Assembly (NCBI GenBank): GCA_951406725.2
Contig: OX597818.1
Location: 24,614,001-24,678,000 of the forward strand
Source: Octopus vulgaris
Lineage: Eukaryota
Length of the DNA: 64,000 nt
Direction of reading: 5' to 3'
Both the position numbers and the translations under genes were made by a program. Below, one piece after another: positions 52,163-64,000 of this stretch. A model generated the notes under the pieces. It worked only from the letters and a program-made list of their open reading frames with translations, did not search any database and was not told the DNA's origin. The first letter of the stretch is position 1; the number at the start of each line of letters is the position of its first letter.

Positions 52163-52378
52163 AGATGTTGGTGAAAAGTTCCTGACTTTGGGTAAAAGAA
52201 AATACAGGAGGATTAGTTAATTATGATTTTATTCATCATATTCCCCTCTCAGATTCACACATTTATTGCAGCAGTCCTTCAGTTTTTCTAAGCCCTATAA
52301 AAGAAGTCAGAAGGTTGGGCCTCTAACCAGGCCTTTTGCGATACCCTTAGAGTCAGGAACTTTTTAGCACCTCATCAT
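52162..52378. mobile_element. Mariner-type MITE
   Basis: Terminal inverted repeats gtgaaaagttcctgactttgggta / tacccttagagtcaggaactttttagc. Confidence 0.65.
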
Positions 52379-53043
52379 ATATTGTGTGTGTGGTGTATTT
52401 TTTTTTCTTTTTGTTATGTTTATATCTCCATAACTTTGTGATTCCTCAAAAAATGACTGACAGAATAAGTACCAGGCTTAAAAATAAACACTGGGGTCAA
52501 TTTGTTCAGCTAAACCCTCAAAGCAGACCCCCAGCTTCGCCACAGCTCAATGACTGAAACAAGTAAAAGATAAATGATCCACACACAAACACTGAGATAT
52601 CTGTCTATCTGTCTGTCAGTCAATTGTCAGTAGTTCATATATCCAAAAAAGAAGCACACTCTAAAGCATTAGAGCAGTAATATAATTTTTAGGAAGTTAA
52701 ATATCATGGCCAATCATAAAGTGACCATTGATTTTGCATCTATAAAGTGCTTAGCAGTACAGGTGATAGACTCAAATGTCTGCAGGTGCATAACTTCTCT
52801 ATGACTGAAGGAAGAAATTATGCCATGATCAGTGCAACCATGAGATAGATACAAAAAAAATATTGTCTGTGCAACAGGTAGGATGGGGTTCTCCCCCTTA
52901 CATCAGCTCTGACTGTGGTGATAAAGGAATGAGTTGTGACAGGCCGATTCAATGAATGAGGAGGTTCAAGTTTTTAGTAAGAAATGTTTTACAAGACTAA
53001 ACTGACCATGACATATTTCTTTCTCTAGTTGTGTGCCTTCAGC

Positions 53044-53226
53044 TATTTAAGTCTGATGAGTCACCTATACTGCTAAGTGCTTTATAGGTGTAAAGCCAAT
53101 GATTATTCTATGACCAGCTATAACATTTAATTTCCTAAACAATCTCTCCCTCCCTCTCTCTATGTATGTATGTATGTATGTATGTATGTATGTATGTATG
53201 TATGTATGTATGTATGTATGTGTGTA

Positions 53227-53259
<33 letters not shown>

Positions 53260-53340
53260 ATATATATGTATATATCATCATCATCATCGTTTATATATAT
53301 ATATATATATATAAACGATGATGATGATGATGATATATAC

Positions 53341-53407
<67 letters not shown>

Positions 53408-53600
53408 TACACACACACATACATACATACATACATACATACATACATACATACATACATACATACATACATACACACATACATACATAGAGAGAGGGAG
53501 GGAGAGATTGTTTAGGAAATTAAATGTTATAGCTGGTCATAGAATAATCATTGGCTTTACACCTATAAAGCACTTAGCAGTATAGGTGACTCATCAGACT

Positions 53601-53606
<6 letters not shown>
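53044..53606. repeat. Long inverted repeat (palindrome) centred on (TA)n near 53302
   Basis: 53044-53160 is the reverse complement of 53490-53606. The inner (TATG)n/(TATC)n/(ATC)n tracts are mirrored with different repeat counts. Confidence 0.95.
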
Positions 53607-53672
<66 letters not shown>

Positions 53673-54024
53673 TTAAGGTTGCCATTGGTTTCACATTAAG
53701 AAAATATCTTAAAAACTTTTCAAGCCAATCACATGGAGAAATTGATGTTTGTCTCCATTTTCAATTGAAACCATAACACACAAATGAAGTATCTTTATCC
53801 ACCAATGCAGTGTTGAGCACTTGTTCTCATTGTTCGAGATAGACATCTGACAACTGATGAAAGGTCTTTTCTCTGTGTTTACTTGTCTTGTCTTCCATTT
53901 TTTTCTTGTTCATGTATTTCACTTGTTTTTTCCTTGTTTGTTTACGGATTTCATGTTATTTGCCCTGCTGGTGACATCCTGTACCCATATATGCATGTAT
54001 ATATATATATATATATATATATAC

Positions 54025-54207
54025 TCTTTTACTTACTGGCTTCAGTCATTTGACTGCGGGCCATGCTGGAGTACCACCTTTAGTTGAGCAAATTGACCCC
54101 AGGACTTATTCTTTGTAAGCCTAGTACTTATTCTATCGGTTCTTTTGCCACACCAGCATCAGATGTCAAGCGATGTTGGGGGTGGGGGGACAAACACAGA
54201 CACACAA

Positions 54208-54266
<59 letters not shown>

Positions 54267-54429
54267 TATGACGGGCTTCTTTCAGTTTCCGTCTACCAAA
54301 TCCACTCACAAGGCTTTGGTCAGTCCAAGGCTATAGTAGAAGACACTTGTCCAAGGTGCCAGAGTGGGACTGAACCCGGAACCATGTGGTTGGTAAGCAA
54401 GCTACTTACCACACAGCCACTCCTGCGCC
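54025..54429 (-). mobile_element. SINE family A, full length
   Basis: Reverse complement of the 9261-9651 type, with A/B boxes and tail. Confidence 0.9.
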
Positions 54430-54441
54430 TATATATATATA

Positions 54442-55429
54442 CAGGGGTTAGACAAAATAATGGAAACACCTAGCATTATAGAATCATAATTTTGAAATAT
54501 CTATAAAACTGTCAAAAGCTTGTTTATTTTTATGTTTTTTGATTTATTATTAGTATTGCTTAATATGCTTTGATAAAATTGCTGTTTCTTTTCAGATATC
54601 ATCAGAAAAAACGTAATTAAAATTCATTAAAATGACAGATCTATTGGACTTTTGGAGAGGTCAAAACAGCTGAAATGTTTGGTGTATCAAGAAGTACTGT
54701 CTCGAAAGTAATGACAGCCTTTGAGAAAGAGGGAAAAACCTCCTCATTGAAACAAAACTCAAGAAGAAAGCCAAAACTTTCAGATAGGGACCGTCGAACA
54801 CTTACACAAATTGTTATTTCCGACCACCAGCTGAGTATACTTATGGAGACAGCCAAAAGAAGCATTTGACCCAGACTGTATTCTTCCAACTGTTAAACAT
54901 GGAGGAGGATTTGCGATGATCGGGGGAGGGGGGGCTATATCTTGAAAATCCACCGGCCCAATGGTTTCCCTTCATGGCAGAATTAACAGTTAAGACTATT
55001 TAAGCATTTTATCTGATCAAATTCATCCTATGGTTGTCGAACTGTTTCTGGAGAGAAACACAATCTTTCAGGATGATAATGCACCAATTCACCTAGATAA
55101 AGTTGTTACTGAATGGCACAAAGAATATTCTAGTGAAGTTGAACAACTTAACTGGCCACCGCAGTCTCAAGATCTCAATATTATTGAACATTTATGGTGC
55201 AGTTTAGAAAAACATGTAAGAAGTCGATATCCACCACCATCATCACAAGAACTGGAGAATGTTTTAGCTGCAGAATGGACAAAAATTCCTTTGGAAACAA
55301 TTAAAATTTTGTATTAGTCCATACCTCATTGAATTCAAGGTGTAATTACTGCCAAAAGCAGTCCTGCCCCATATTAAGATAAATTTGTTTGAAATTTTAA
55401 GGTGTTTCCATTGTTTTGTCCAACCCCTA
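54442..55429 (+). mobile_element. Tc1-family DNA transposon with both TIRs, internally deleted
   Basis: TIRs caggggttagacaaaataatggaaacacc / ggtgtttccattgttttgtccaacccct. HTH AEMFGVSRSTVSK, TVKHGGG, IFQDDNAPIH and WPPQSQDLNIIEHLW. Confidence 0.92.
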
Positions 55430-55859
55430 TTTATATATATATTTAGAATAATAAGGTAGTTAGAATGTTGGATGATTATATATATTTTATCATTTACATT
55501 TTATTTACACTTTTAGTGCTTTCTTTCATTATTGGATTTATCAAAAAGTGGTTTAAAGTTAGATTTCTTGGGCTTTTTATAAAGAAAAAAAATATTTTTG
55601 AGAAGGAGTGGGAGGTAAAGAGGCATGGCTTTTGTATTGGTATGGTCAGACTTGTTTGTTTAGTACTTAGTGATCTTTTAGGGTGGGGAAGGAAAAAGAC
55701 TTTTTGTATTTTGAAATGGTCAATGTTTTAATTGAATAACCAGATGTTGTTTGTGACTTTCTTCAGTAAAAATTATAATTGCATTTCCATGTCTTGTTTC
55801 TTTATTCTTTTGTATTCATTAATATGGGGGAGTTAAAGGGAGTGTGGTTTGGTTCTCCT

Positions 55860-56430
55860 GGGATGTTATTTAGATGCTTCTGACATCACTTTTTTTTATC
55901 ATACCTAGGGCACCTACAAAAACAGGAACAGTTCTCACTTTAAGACGTCACATCTTTTGTATTTCAATTTCCAGGTTCTTGTATTTACTTAATTCTCAAA
56001 TTCCTTTACAGCTATATTTTTATCAGAGGGAACACTTACATCTATTAGTCTATTAGTATTTTCTTCTCTGTCTTTAATGACTATGTCTGGTTGATTTGCC
56101 TGGATTGTTCTGTTGGTGTTGACTGGAAAATTCCAGAGGATAGTGACATTTTTACCTTCAATAACTGGTTCAGGATGATGTTCATACCAGTAAGCAGGAG
56201 AGCTAATTTTGTAGTGTTTACATATTTTCCAATGTAAACACTGTTCTACCTTATTGTGGTGATTTTTGTATTTGTTTGGTGTCAGCAGAGGACATCCCAA
56301 GATGAGATGGTCTATTGTTTCCTCAAATGTATCACAGAATCTGCATTTAGGGTTAGAACCATTTTGAAGAACGTTATCCTGATAGTTTTTGGTAAGCAAG
56401 CTTTGATCTTGTGCCACCAATATGAAACCT
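55860..56430 (-). mobile_element. R4/Dong-like non-LTR retrotransposon, zinc finger plus RLE fragment
   Basis: AQDQSL.TKNY, CRFC...ETIDHLILGC, ILWNFPV.T.RTIQANQPDIVI...LIDVSVPSD.N...KE. Confidence 0.85.
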
Positions 56431-56899
56431 TATTACCATCATCATCATCATCATCATCATTATTATTGCGGACGACAACATTGTCATGGTGTCAGACTCT
56501 TCAGACCAGATCTCCAGGTAGACAGAGACTGGGAAGAGGTCATGATTAGGGTAACCAAGCTCACCCAGAAATGAGTAGAAAGGAAGCTGTCCCTGAAAGG
56601 CTGGGCGGAAGTAGTGAATGCATATATCGCCTTGGTAGTGCACTACCACCTAGCTATTGTACCTCGTCCTAAGAAAACTCTGACCAGATTGGAGCACTTG
56701 CTTTTCCGATTCCTATGGAAAGTCAGACCATGGTGGTCTTAGGCTGCCATGCTTACTGATGTGGCACTACACATTGAGGTTGTTGTACCTATAGAAATAT
56801 CTAAATCACTGCAATGACATGGATGACAACGACAATAAAATAAGGGTGAATTGGTGTGGGCGCCTTTCGTGTAACACGCCTTTCTGCAGCTCATCTCAT

Positions 56900-57910
56900 T
56901 GACAGAGCTGCAGTCATGGGTCAAACATAGACCATGGTTGGGCATTTGGCATCTAGAATGATGCCAGGTACTCACTGCATTGTACCAGCTGCCCAAAACT
57001 GTTAGCGGGAAAACACCACAAGATATCTATAGGGAACTAGTTGAAGGTATGAGTGATGATGGCCTAGGATTGAATCTAAGCATCAACAAGAACAGTTTGA
57101 GTAGTCTCTTCCAGGGAACCTTTGGGCCGAAGATCATGGGCAATTTCCAAAAGTCTTTGGCTTGGCAGTACTACAGCTCTTAAGGCATGAAAGTGCCAAC
57201 AGCCAAACCTGCCCCAGATGCTTACATGGGGACAAAACTGTCCTGTATGCAATAATTCAGTGTCAGTACATTAGAAAGTTGTAGGATTGTGTGGAGCAGC
57301 TGCTGTTGTGTGTAAGACAAATTCAGCTGTCTGCTGAGTGTATAGTGAAGATCAATGCACCACCTTCCCATAACAGAGAAGGAAGGCAGGTCTTTCTCTG
57401 TTTAGTGGCAGTGATAAAAGAGGCTGTGTGGTGGACCCGTCTGAAAGGTTTGAAGACAGGCACAGTCTTATCTAGTCAAGCCCTGATCAATTTCTTCAAT
57501 ACCATTTGAAGAGGAAGGTGAGGGTAGAGAGGGAGTTGCCTTCTAGTATGTTTATCAAAAGGTGGTTGACAGTGGCAAGTCTGGTGAGACTGAATGTATC
57601 TACTCTGATTGTGCTTTTCTAAGCAGGAGGAAGAGAGCACTTTCCCATACCTTGGAGATGGCAGAGTAATCTGAGATTTTTATGTGGGGTTCACCTTCGA
57701 TTATTCTAAGTGGACAGCCCCAATTTGGGGATTCTATTTATTTATTATTTATTTCTCTACTTTCTATTATATGTCCTCTGTTATATTCTTTAATGTGGTA
57801 GTATCTCCCATTGACTGATGGTAATCCCACATGTTTTTGTTTTTGTAATTTTTTGTGCTGTAACTCATCCTTCAATATTGTCCTCCATGTCTTGGGCCCT
57901 TGTGGCCAAT
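56900..57910 (+). mobile_element. Tx1/L1-like LINE C-terminal relic
   Basis: FQKSLAWQ..., ACPRC...TVLYAIIQC zinc-knuckle remnant and VIKEAVWWTRLK. AATAAA followed by a short tail near 57908. Confidence 0.55.
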
Positions 57911-57920
57911 AAAAAGAATC

Positions 57921-60900
57921 ATTATTATTATTTACTGGCTATGCACAGCTTCTAATGCTGGAGATGTTCTATGGTGCCAGCTGTTCACTACTAGTGAACT
58001 AAGGTAAAGCCCCTTATTTTTTGAGCACCATCCAGTGTAATTGACCGGTTCCAAGCAGTGCTGTTTTCTGCAAGTGCTCCCCCCTTATTGCAGCCCCTAT
58101 TTGTTCCATGTACTTCTCAAGCTTTTAACTCACTGTACCCAGGGTTCTGACAATTATTGGTACTACTACCACTTTTTTCATCGACCACAACTGCTAAAAC
58201 TCCCAAGCTAACCTGTCATATCTCTTTACTCTCTTTTTTACTCTTTTACTTGTTTCAGTCATTTGACTGCGGCCATGCTGGAGCACCGCCTTTAGTCGAG
58301 CAAATCGACCCCGGGACTTATTCTTTGTAAGCCCAGTACTTATTCTATCGGTCTCTTTTTGCCGAACCGCTAAGTGACGGGGACGTAAACACACCAGCAT
58401 CGGTTGTCAAGCAATGCTAGGGGGACAAACACAGACACACAAACACATATATATATATATATACATATATACGACAGGCTTCTTTCAGTTTCCGTCTACC
58501 AAATCCACTCACAAGGCATTGGTCGGCCCGGGGCTATAGCAGAAGACACTTGCCCAAGATGTCATGCAGTGGGACTGAACCCGGAACCATGTGGTTGGTT
58601 AGCAAGCTACTTACCACACAGCCACTCCTGCGCCTATCGACTTTTCTTTCTTATCGCATGCTATACTGTCAGCTGGGCATGCTATATCTATGATCCAGCA
58701 TTGTTTGCTTCCTTTCTCAATTAACACTATGTCTGGTTTCCTATTCTCTATCTCATGGTTGCATTGAATCACAAAATCCATAAGATCTTTGCATTATCAT
58801 TTTTGATGATGCCTTCAGGTTTATGCTTGTACCACTTTCTTGCTCTGTCAAGTCCATACTTGTTGCAAAGTGTCCAATGGACAATCCTTGCTATATTGTC
58901 ATAATGTCTCTTATATTCTTTTTGGGCTAGTGGTGTACATTGACAGGAAATATGCCATACGGCTTCACCATTTTGTCCAGAAATTCTGCACTTAGTTGTG
59001 TTGTCTATTCTGTATTTGATATAATTGGTTCTTAATGCTTGCTCTTGGGCAGCACAGATTAGAGCCTCCGTTTCCAGTTTTAAATCACTTTTAGTCATCC
59101 ATAGCCATCTTTTTACTCTGTCTGTCTTATCTTCAACATTCTCAAGTCCTTGTACAGTTCTTTATCTTTGCTATCTTCCATCCTACACAAGTCTGACCTT
59201 CTTACTTCTAAAATTGTGGTTCTTTGGAATTTTTTACATACCATGCTATGTTGCTTTCTTCTATGCTAATGCTGTGTTCACATCCAATCAGTCCTCTTCC
59301 CCCTCTTTTTCTTGGTACATATAGTCTGTCTGTGTAACTTTTTGGGTGGAGTATCCCATATCTAGTCAGCAACTTTTTTGTCTTTCTGTCTAAGGGGTTT
59401 AGTTCGTCTACTGTCCATGTGATTACCCACACTCCATATCTAAGTAGTGAAACCACCTAGGTGTTGATAGCTTCAATCTTATTCTGTCCATTTAATTTCA
59501 ACTTAAGGATCAGTCTCAGTCTGTGCAAGTACTCTATCTTAAAATTTTTTGTCATTTCTTTCTCCATCAATTGATCCAATTCCAATATCCCCAAGTACTT
59601 ATAGCTCATCTCTTCTGTCTGCTTTGTAACCGTCCCTGACGGTATTGCTAGCCTATCCATACATTTGATTTTGCCTCTCTTCAAGACTAACATACCACAC
59701 TTTTTCAGTCTGAACTCCATTCTGATATCAGCACTGAAAGTATACACCATATCAACGAAGGAACTGACTTAGGGTTCATCTTTACCATAAAGTTTGAGGT
59801 TATCCATGAATAACAAGTGGTTGACTTTTTGTTGGCGGCTTTTGAATACATACCCAGCCTTTGCTGTCCTCAGAATCAGTGTTAGTGGTATCATGCACAG
59901 TACAAAGATAAGTGCCTCTCCTGATTTCTATTGACCATAAACTTCTTCCATATGCTGTCAGTTCCATCATACATTCCATAATCCAAGAATGGGGGATCAT
60001 ATCGTACATTTTATGATAATCGATCCATAACATGGAGTTGATCCTTGGTACCTCTGTACTTACACTTGCAACCCTTCTGCTCATATAGCAGGACTCCATT
60101 TTTATCTGTACGTTGACTCTGCAACTATTCCAGTCAATAATTTCCACATAAGTGGAAAGCAGGATATCAGCCTGTAATTGTCTATCATATTGCCTTTTTC
60201 AATGTTTTTCAAGCACAGCACTGTCCTACCCATTGTCAACCATTCTGGTGTTACTTGGTCAGTATTTAACAAGGTGTTGAGCTGTGCAGCTATTTGTGCA
60301 TGACATTCACCAAATCTTTTGATCCAGTAACTTTGAAATCCATCTAGTCCCGGGGCCTTCCAGTTACCCATTTTTTTGCTGATTTCCTTCACTTCTTTAT
60401 CTGAAATGACTAGTTCTGCCTGTTTTGGACAGACTACTCTTTGCTTCAGTTCTTGTGCTCCTTGTCTTTGCTCCAGATGTCACTCCAAAAGCCTTTGACT
60501 TTCAATGTTATCTGGTATCAACTTTTCATATGTACACTCTCCATTTATTTCTTTGTAGAATCTCTTCTGATCTACTCTGAATAACCTATTCTGCTGGTAT
60601 CCCTTCATTCTTTGGTTGTATCTCACCATCTTTGTTTTCTTTGCAACGAGGCGCTGTTTCAGTTCCTCCATTACCACTTTCAGGCCCTTTTTTCAATATC
60701 ATACTTCCTGTTCAGTGCCCTGTATTTTTGTTCACTTTTAAGCACCCCCTTCTCTTTTTGGTCAAATATGGAAATGCCCTTCGAGAGCATATCTAACCCC
60801 ACCTGTATTCTTCTTTTCCATCAGGGATCTTTTCTTTTGTCACTCCCATTATATTTCTTTTTCTTGACATAAACACCCACATTTTCTGCTACAACAATAC

Positions 60901-61260
60901 TTGCTGCCTTGATCAAATTGTTTGTTTATGTGATGTTTATTGTTCTATTGTATTTCAGAATTTCATTCACGTTTTTTGTTTCTTGGTTCAATTTCCACCG
61001 ATCAATCTTTTTAAGGTTGCAAATAATGTCATTTTTTTCTCCTGTAGCTTACCTTTATTCTGTCATAGATTGCCTTTTGCCCACCTGTTACGTCACCATT
61101 AGTTTTATTGTCGTCTTCCAAACCATCTATGTCTCTCAATGAGCAAGCTATCACTGTTCCTTTCCTGTGGTTTATTTGAGATTTCACCTCTGTTTTCTGC
61201 TATGAGATTACTTTTATCAGTAGGAACTGTATTTTCATCACTTCTTCTGCTGCTGTTTTT
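57921..61260 (-). mobile_element. R4/Dong-like non-LTR retrotransposon (RT, CCHC, RLE), decayed, with (TAA)n 3' end
   Basis: NWKAPGLDG.Q.YWIK, NYR.ISC.P.MWKLLTG, WIDY.K.YD.IPHSWI, NHLLFMDNLKLY, YKYLGILE, RLYVPRKRGGRGL and ETEALICAAQEQALRTNY. The minus strand ends in taataataat. Confidence 0.9.
58225..58635 (-). mobile_element. Young-looking SINE family A copy inserted in the R4/Dong element
   Basis: Full-length copy that retains many CpGs and splits the KVDRYDRLAWE coding segment. Confidence 0.9.
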
Positions 61261-61492
61261 CAATACCCATCTTTTGATAGCTTTGAGCTCTACTTTTGTA
61301 AACCAACGATGTGAAGCATTTAATGATTGTTTCTAATTTTGGTACAAGACCAGCAAGTTCAGGGGCATGGGGAAGTTGATTACATCAGCCCCAAAAGGAT
61401 GAAAGGCAAAGTCGATGCTGGTGGAATGTAAAGACAGACGAAATACTGCTAAGTATTTTTCTTGGTTTGCTAATTATTCTGCCAGCTTTCTG

Positions 61493-61709
61493 CCCTTTTG
61501 TTACCAACCTGGCTGAAACCGGCTCTGGCTCTGAGTACAAATGTCATGTTTTCATAAGTTTTGAATGAAAATCTTCCACCAAACCTTAGTCACAATTTAT
61601 GTTCCTAACACCAGCTGAATAACTAAGTTATTTTACTAAATTTTTTGTTATATTTAAAATAATTGAAAGAAACACAGAGCGTCTCCAAATAAATATAGTA
61701 GCAAAAAGG
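61493..61709. mobile_element. piggyBac-like MITE, second copy
   Basis: Reverse-complement homology to 39946-40166. CCCTTTTGTTAC...GTAGCAAAAAGG|TTAA termini. Confidence 0.75.
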
Positions 61710-64000
61710 TTAAACACAGAGATAATATTGATGTGATAACATGTGTTCTAATCAGTACATCAGTTCACCTATCATTGGAGCACTATGATTAGGCAGGGAT
61801 TTTGCGTCAGCTGATGATCCCTGCAACTACATGCTTTACTGAATAAATATTATAAATTAGAAAAACGCAGCTAAATCAAATGTTTTTCTTTATATTATGA
61901 TATGGTTACAATTGATTTTTATTATCTCTCTTTAAACAGAATAATAGAGTCTGACCTTTCTGCTATAAAGCTATAATTATATTCTTGCGTGACTAAGCAT
62001 TATAGGAAATAAAACAATAAAGCAACAGGCTTGTGAGAAACGTTAATTGGAGACAGCTTCCAAATGTATTTCTCAAAATTGAAACAAATGCAGTTGTTCC
62101 CAACAGAATTGAAATAAATGTTAAAATTATATCTTATAATAGAAAATGTTATAATTTCCAACACTATCTTTTGAAAACTTGATTGCTTAGAAAGTATTAA
62201 GAGAGGAATTGAAAATGGTTAGCTGCAATGGGTAGTTTTCTTACTATTTATTCACCACAGAGTAATATATAGACTGTATGCAATATGATTAAATAGTATA
62301 AGACAATGGCAAAACTTATGAGATTATACTAGAAGACCAAATATATATTCTTATTTAGAACTCGGTTTCTGTACTAGATATGACATAACTTTTTCTTATT
62401 ATTTGTCTTTAAAATAATATTAAATTTTACTGCTTTCTTCTTTCTCTACATTGAAATTTGAAAAATTAGGTAAATGAATAAATAAATATAATGGTGTGTT
62501 TCTCAAAATACAAATTACAACAAATCACTGCACTATTAACATAGAGATTATAAATATTGAATTCTTAAGTGAAGTATAAAGCTTAAAAGGCTTGTAAGGA
62601 AATCCTATATAACAAATTCATATATGCAAAAGTTATTTTATATTTCATGAATAGAATTTACCTATTAATCAATCACATTATGGTTAATTAATAAAGTTAA
62701 TTGATAAAAATACATATAATGACAAAAATCACAGTATTTCATATGGTTTGCAATTATAATTTATTTGATAATTCCTCAAAATAATTTTATTTCTCTTAAC
62801 ACACAGTCCTGACTTTGGTTCTTGTTTGCTGATAACCAGAGGAGGATGTGGTGAAAACTAAAGGTTGACCCTACTTAAAGACTTGAAGCTTGGACTATGT
62901 TTCAAGACTTGGTGCTAGTTCATAAAATTCAAAAACAAAAATGATACATATAGAACATTATGGCCCTTAAAATATGGAAAGTTACCTGGTCACCTTTTAT
63001 TATCTTTGACTTAATGGAAGCTAAAATCTTTTTTCATGAATTATTACTTTTAAAGATAATATCATGTTAGCATCTCATGTCATTTTTTAGTATGCATTAA
63101 GATAGTCGTAGCTGTGCAATGTAGATGATAGCAATGATGATATGACATTTATGCTATACAACCAACAATCAAATTCACCAAATTATGTTCAATACAGAGT
63201 GTTTCAGTGTCCTAAATGAACCTTTGTCATACTTACAAGCCAATTGAATGAAAAATATAGTTTTTACCTTTTCAGTTATAGTTTGAGATAGGAAGAGTGT
63301 ACATATGACCTTTGTAAGTCCTTCCAGTCTGGTGACGGTGATGTGATTTATGATTAGCTTGCATTTATGTAGGTTGAATTCTGCAGGAAAAAAAAAACAT
63401 GTACAGAGAATTGCAATTCTGAGGGGAAAAAAACTTCTATTTTCAAACTTTGGAGATGAGTGCCTTTAAGTGTGTTAAGTGGTAGATGAGATGTATGGTT
63501 CATATCTTGATAGTTAAATGGAGTAGGAACCAATGTATTAACAATGGAAGGAACTGAGACAGGATATTGTATGCTGGTGAGTTATCATGATGAGAGTGTT
63601 GAGGCAGTATCTGAGCAAATCAAATGGAACAAATGCAAGATATTTTTTATTTGCAACACCAATTTATCAGTTTATTACTTGCATGCACACATGTATAAAG
63701 TAGGGAAGGTACGAACAGTGATGATGCTAAGAGAGTTGAAGGGTAGGGAAATAAGGCATAATTTATCAGATGTAAAAACAGCCAAGTGGAAAGCAGAAGC
63801 AGAAACTGATGACATCCTGCCTACACTTACACACTGAGATATGGTGGGTGCCATACAAATTGATTGGAAACAGCTTGGATTTGGTTTAGATCAGTTTGGG
63901 CCATTTGAAAGCAAGATGCAGTGCAAACACAGATTTGTTGTTAGTAGCAATATCAAGACAAGGGAAACAAGGAAAAGAGGACCTCATTTGATTTGATGTT

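Noticed and set aside
53170-53488. ORFs of MYVC/IYIY/DDDD repeats
   Set aside because: Translations of microsatellites within the palindrome.
53854-53990. CTGATGA followed by a pyrimidine-rich tract
   Set aside because: No stem II or downstream GAAA, so not a hammerhead.

Overview
AT-rich, repeat-dense eukaryotic DNA. The SINE/LINE families and (TA)/(GAT)/(TAGA) microsatellites resemble an octopus-type cephalopod genome (inferred). Two host genes are well supported, both on the minus strand. One is an intronless COMMD5 CDS (25761-26468). The other is a complete 14-exon NDUFS2 (complex I 49-kDa subunit, CDS 46984 to 29339), which I reconstructed by hand: GT-AG junctions, consistent phases, 1401 nt, 466 aa. 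Most of the rest is decayed mobile DNA: RTE, R4/Dong-like, CRE-like, Tx1/L1-like and CR1/L2-like LINEs, Gypsy LTR relics, Tc1/mariner elements and MITEs, a piggyBac-like MITE and three tRNA-derived SINE families. I found no novel protein-coding system. The most interesting signals are at the RNA-structure level. (i) A cluster of hammerhead-ribozyme-like motifs from three unrelated sequence families lies at 49.8-53.6 kb; the one at 51811-51914 has an intact catalytic core and a very long stem II. (ii) A ~560-bp fold-back palindrome centred on a (TA)n tract duplicates one of these motifs. (iii) The RTE 3' UTR carries a tandemly repeated hairpin plus H-type pseudoknot module. All structure calls were made by eye and need folding, covariance or cleavage tests.
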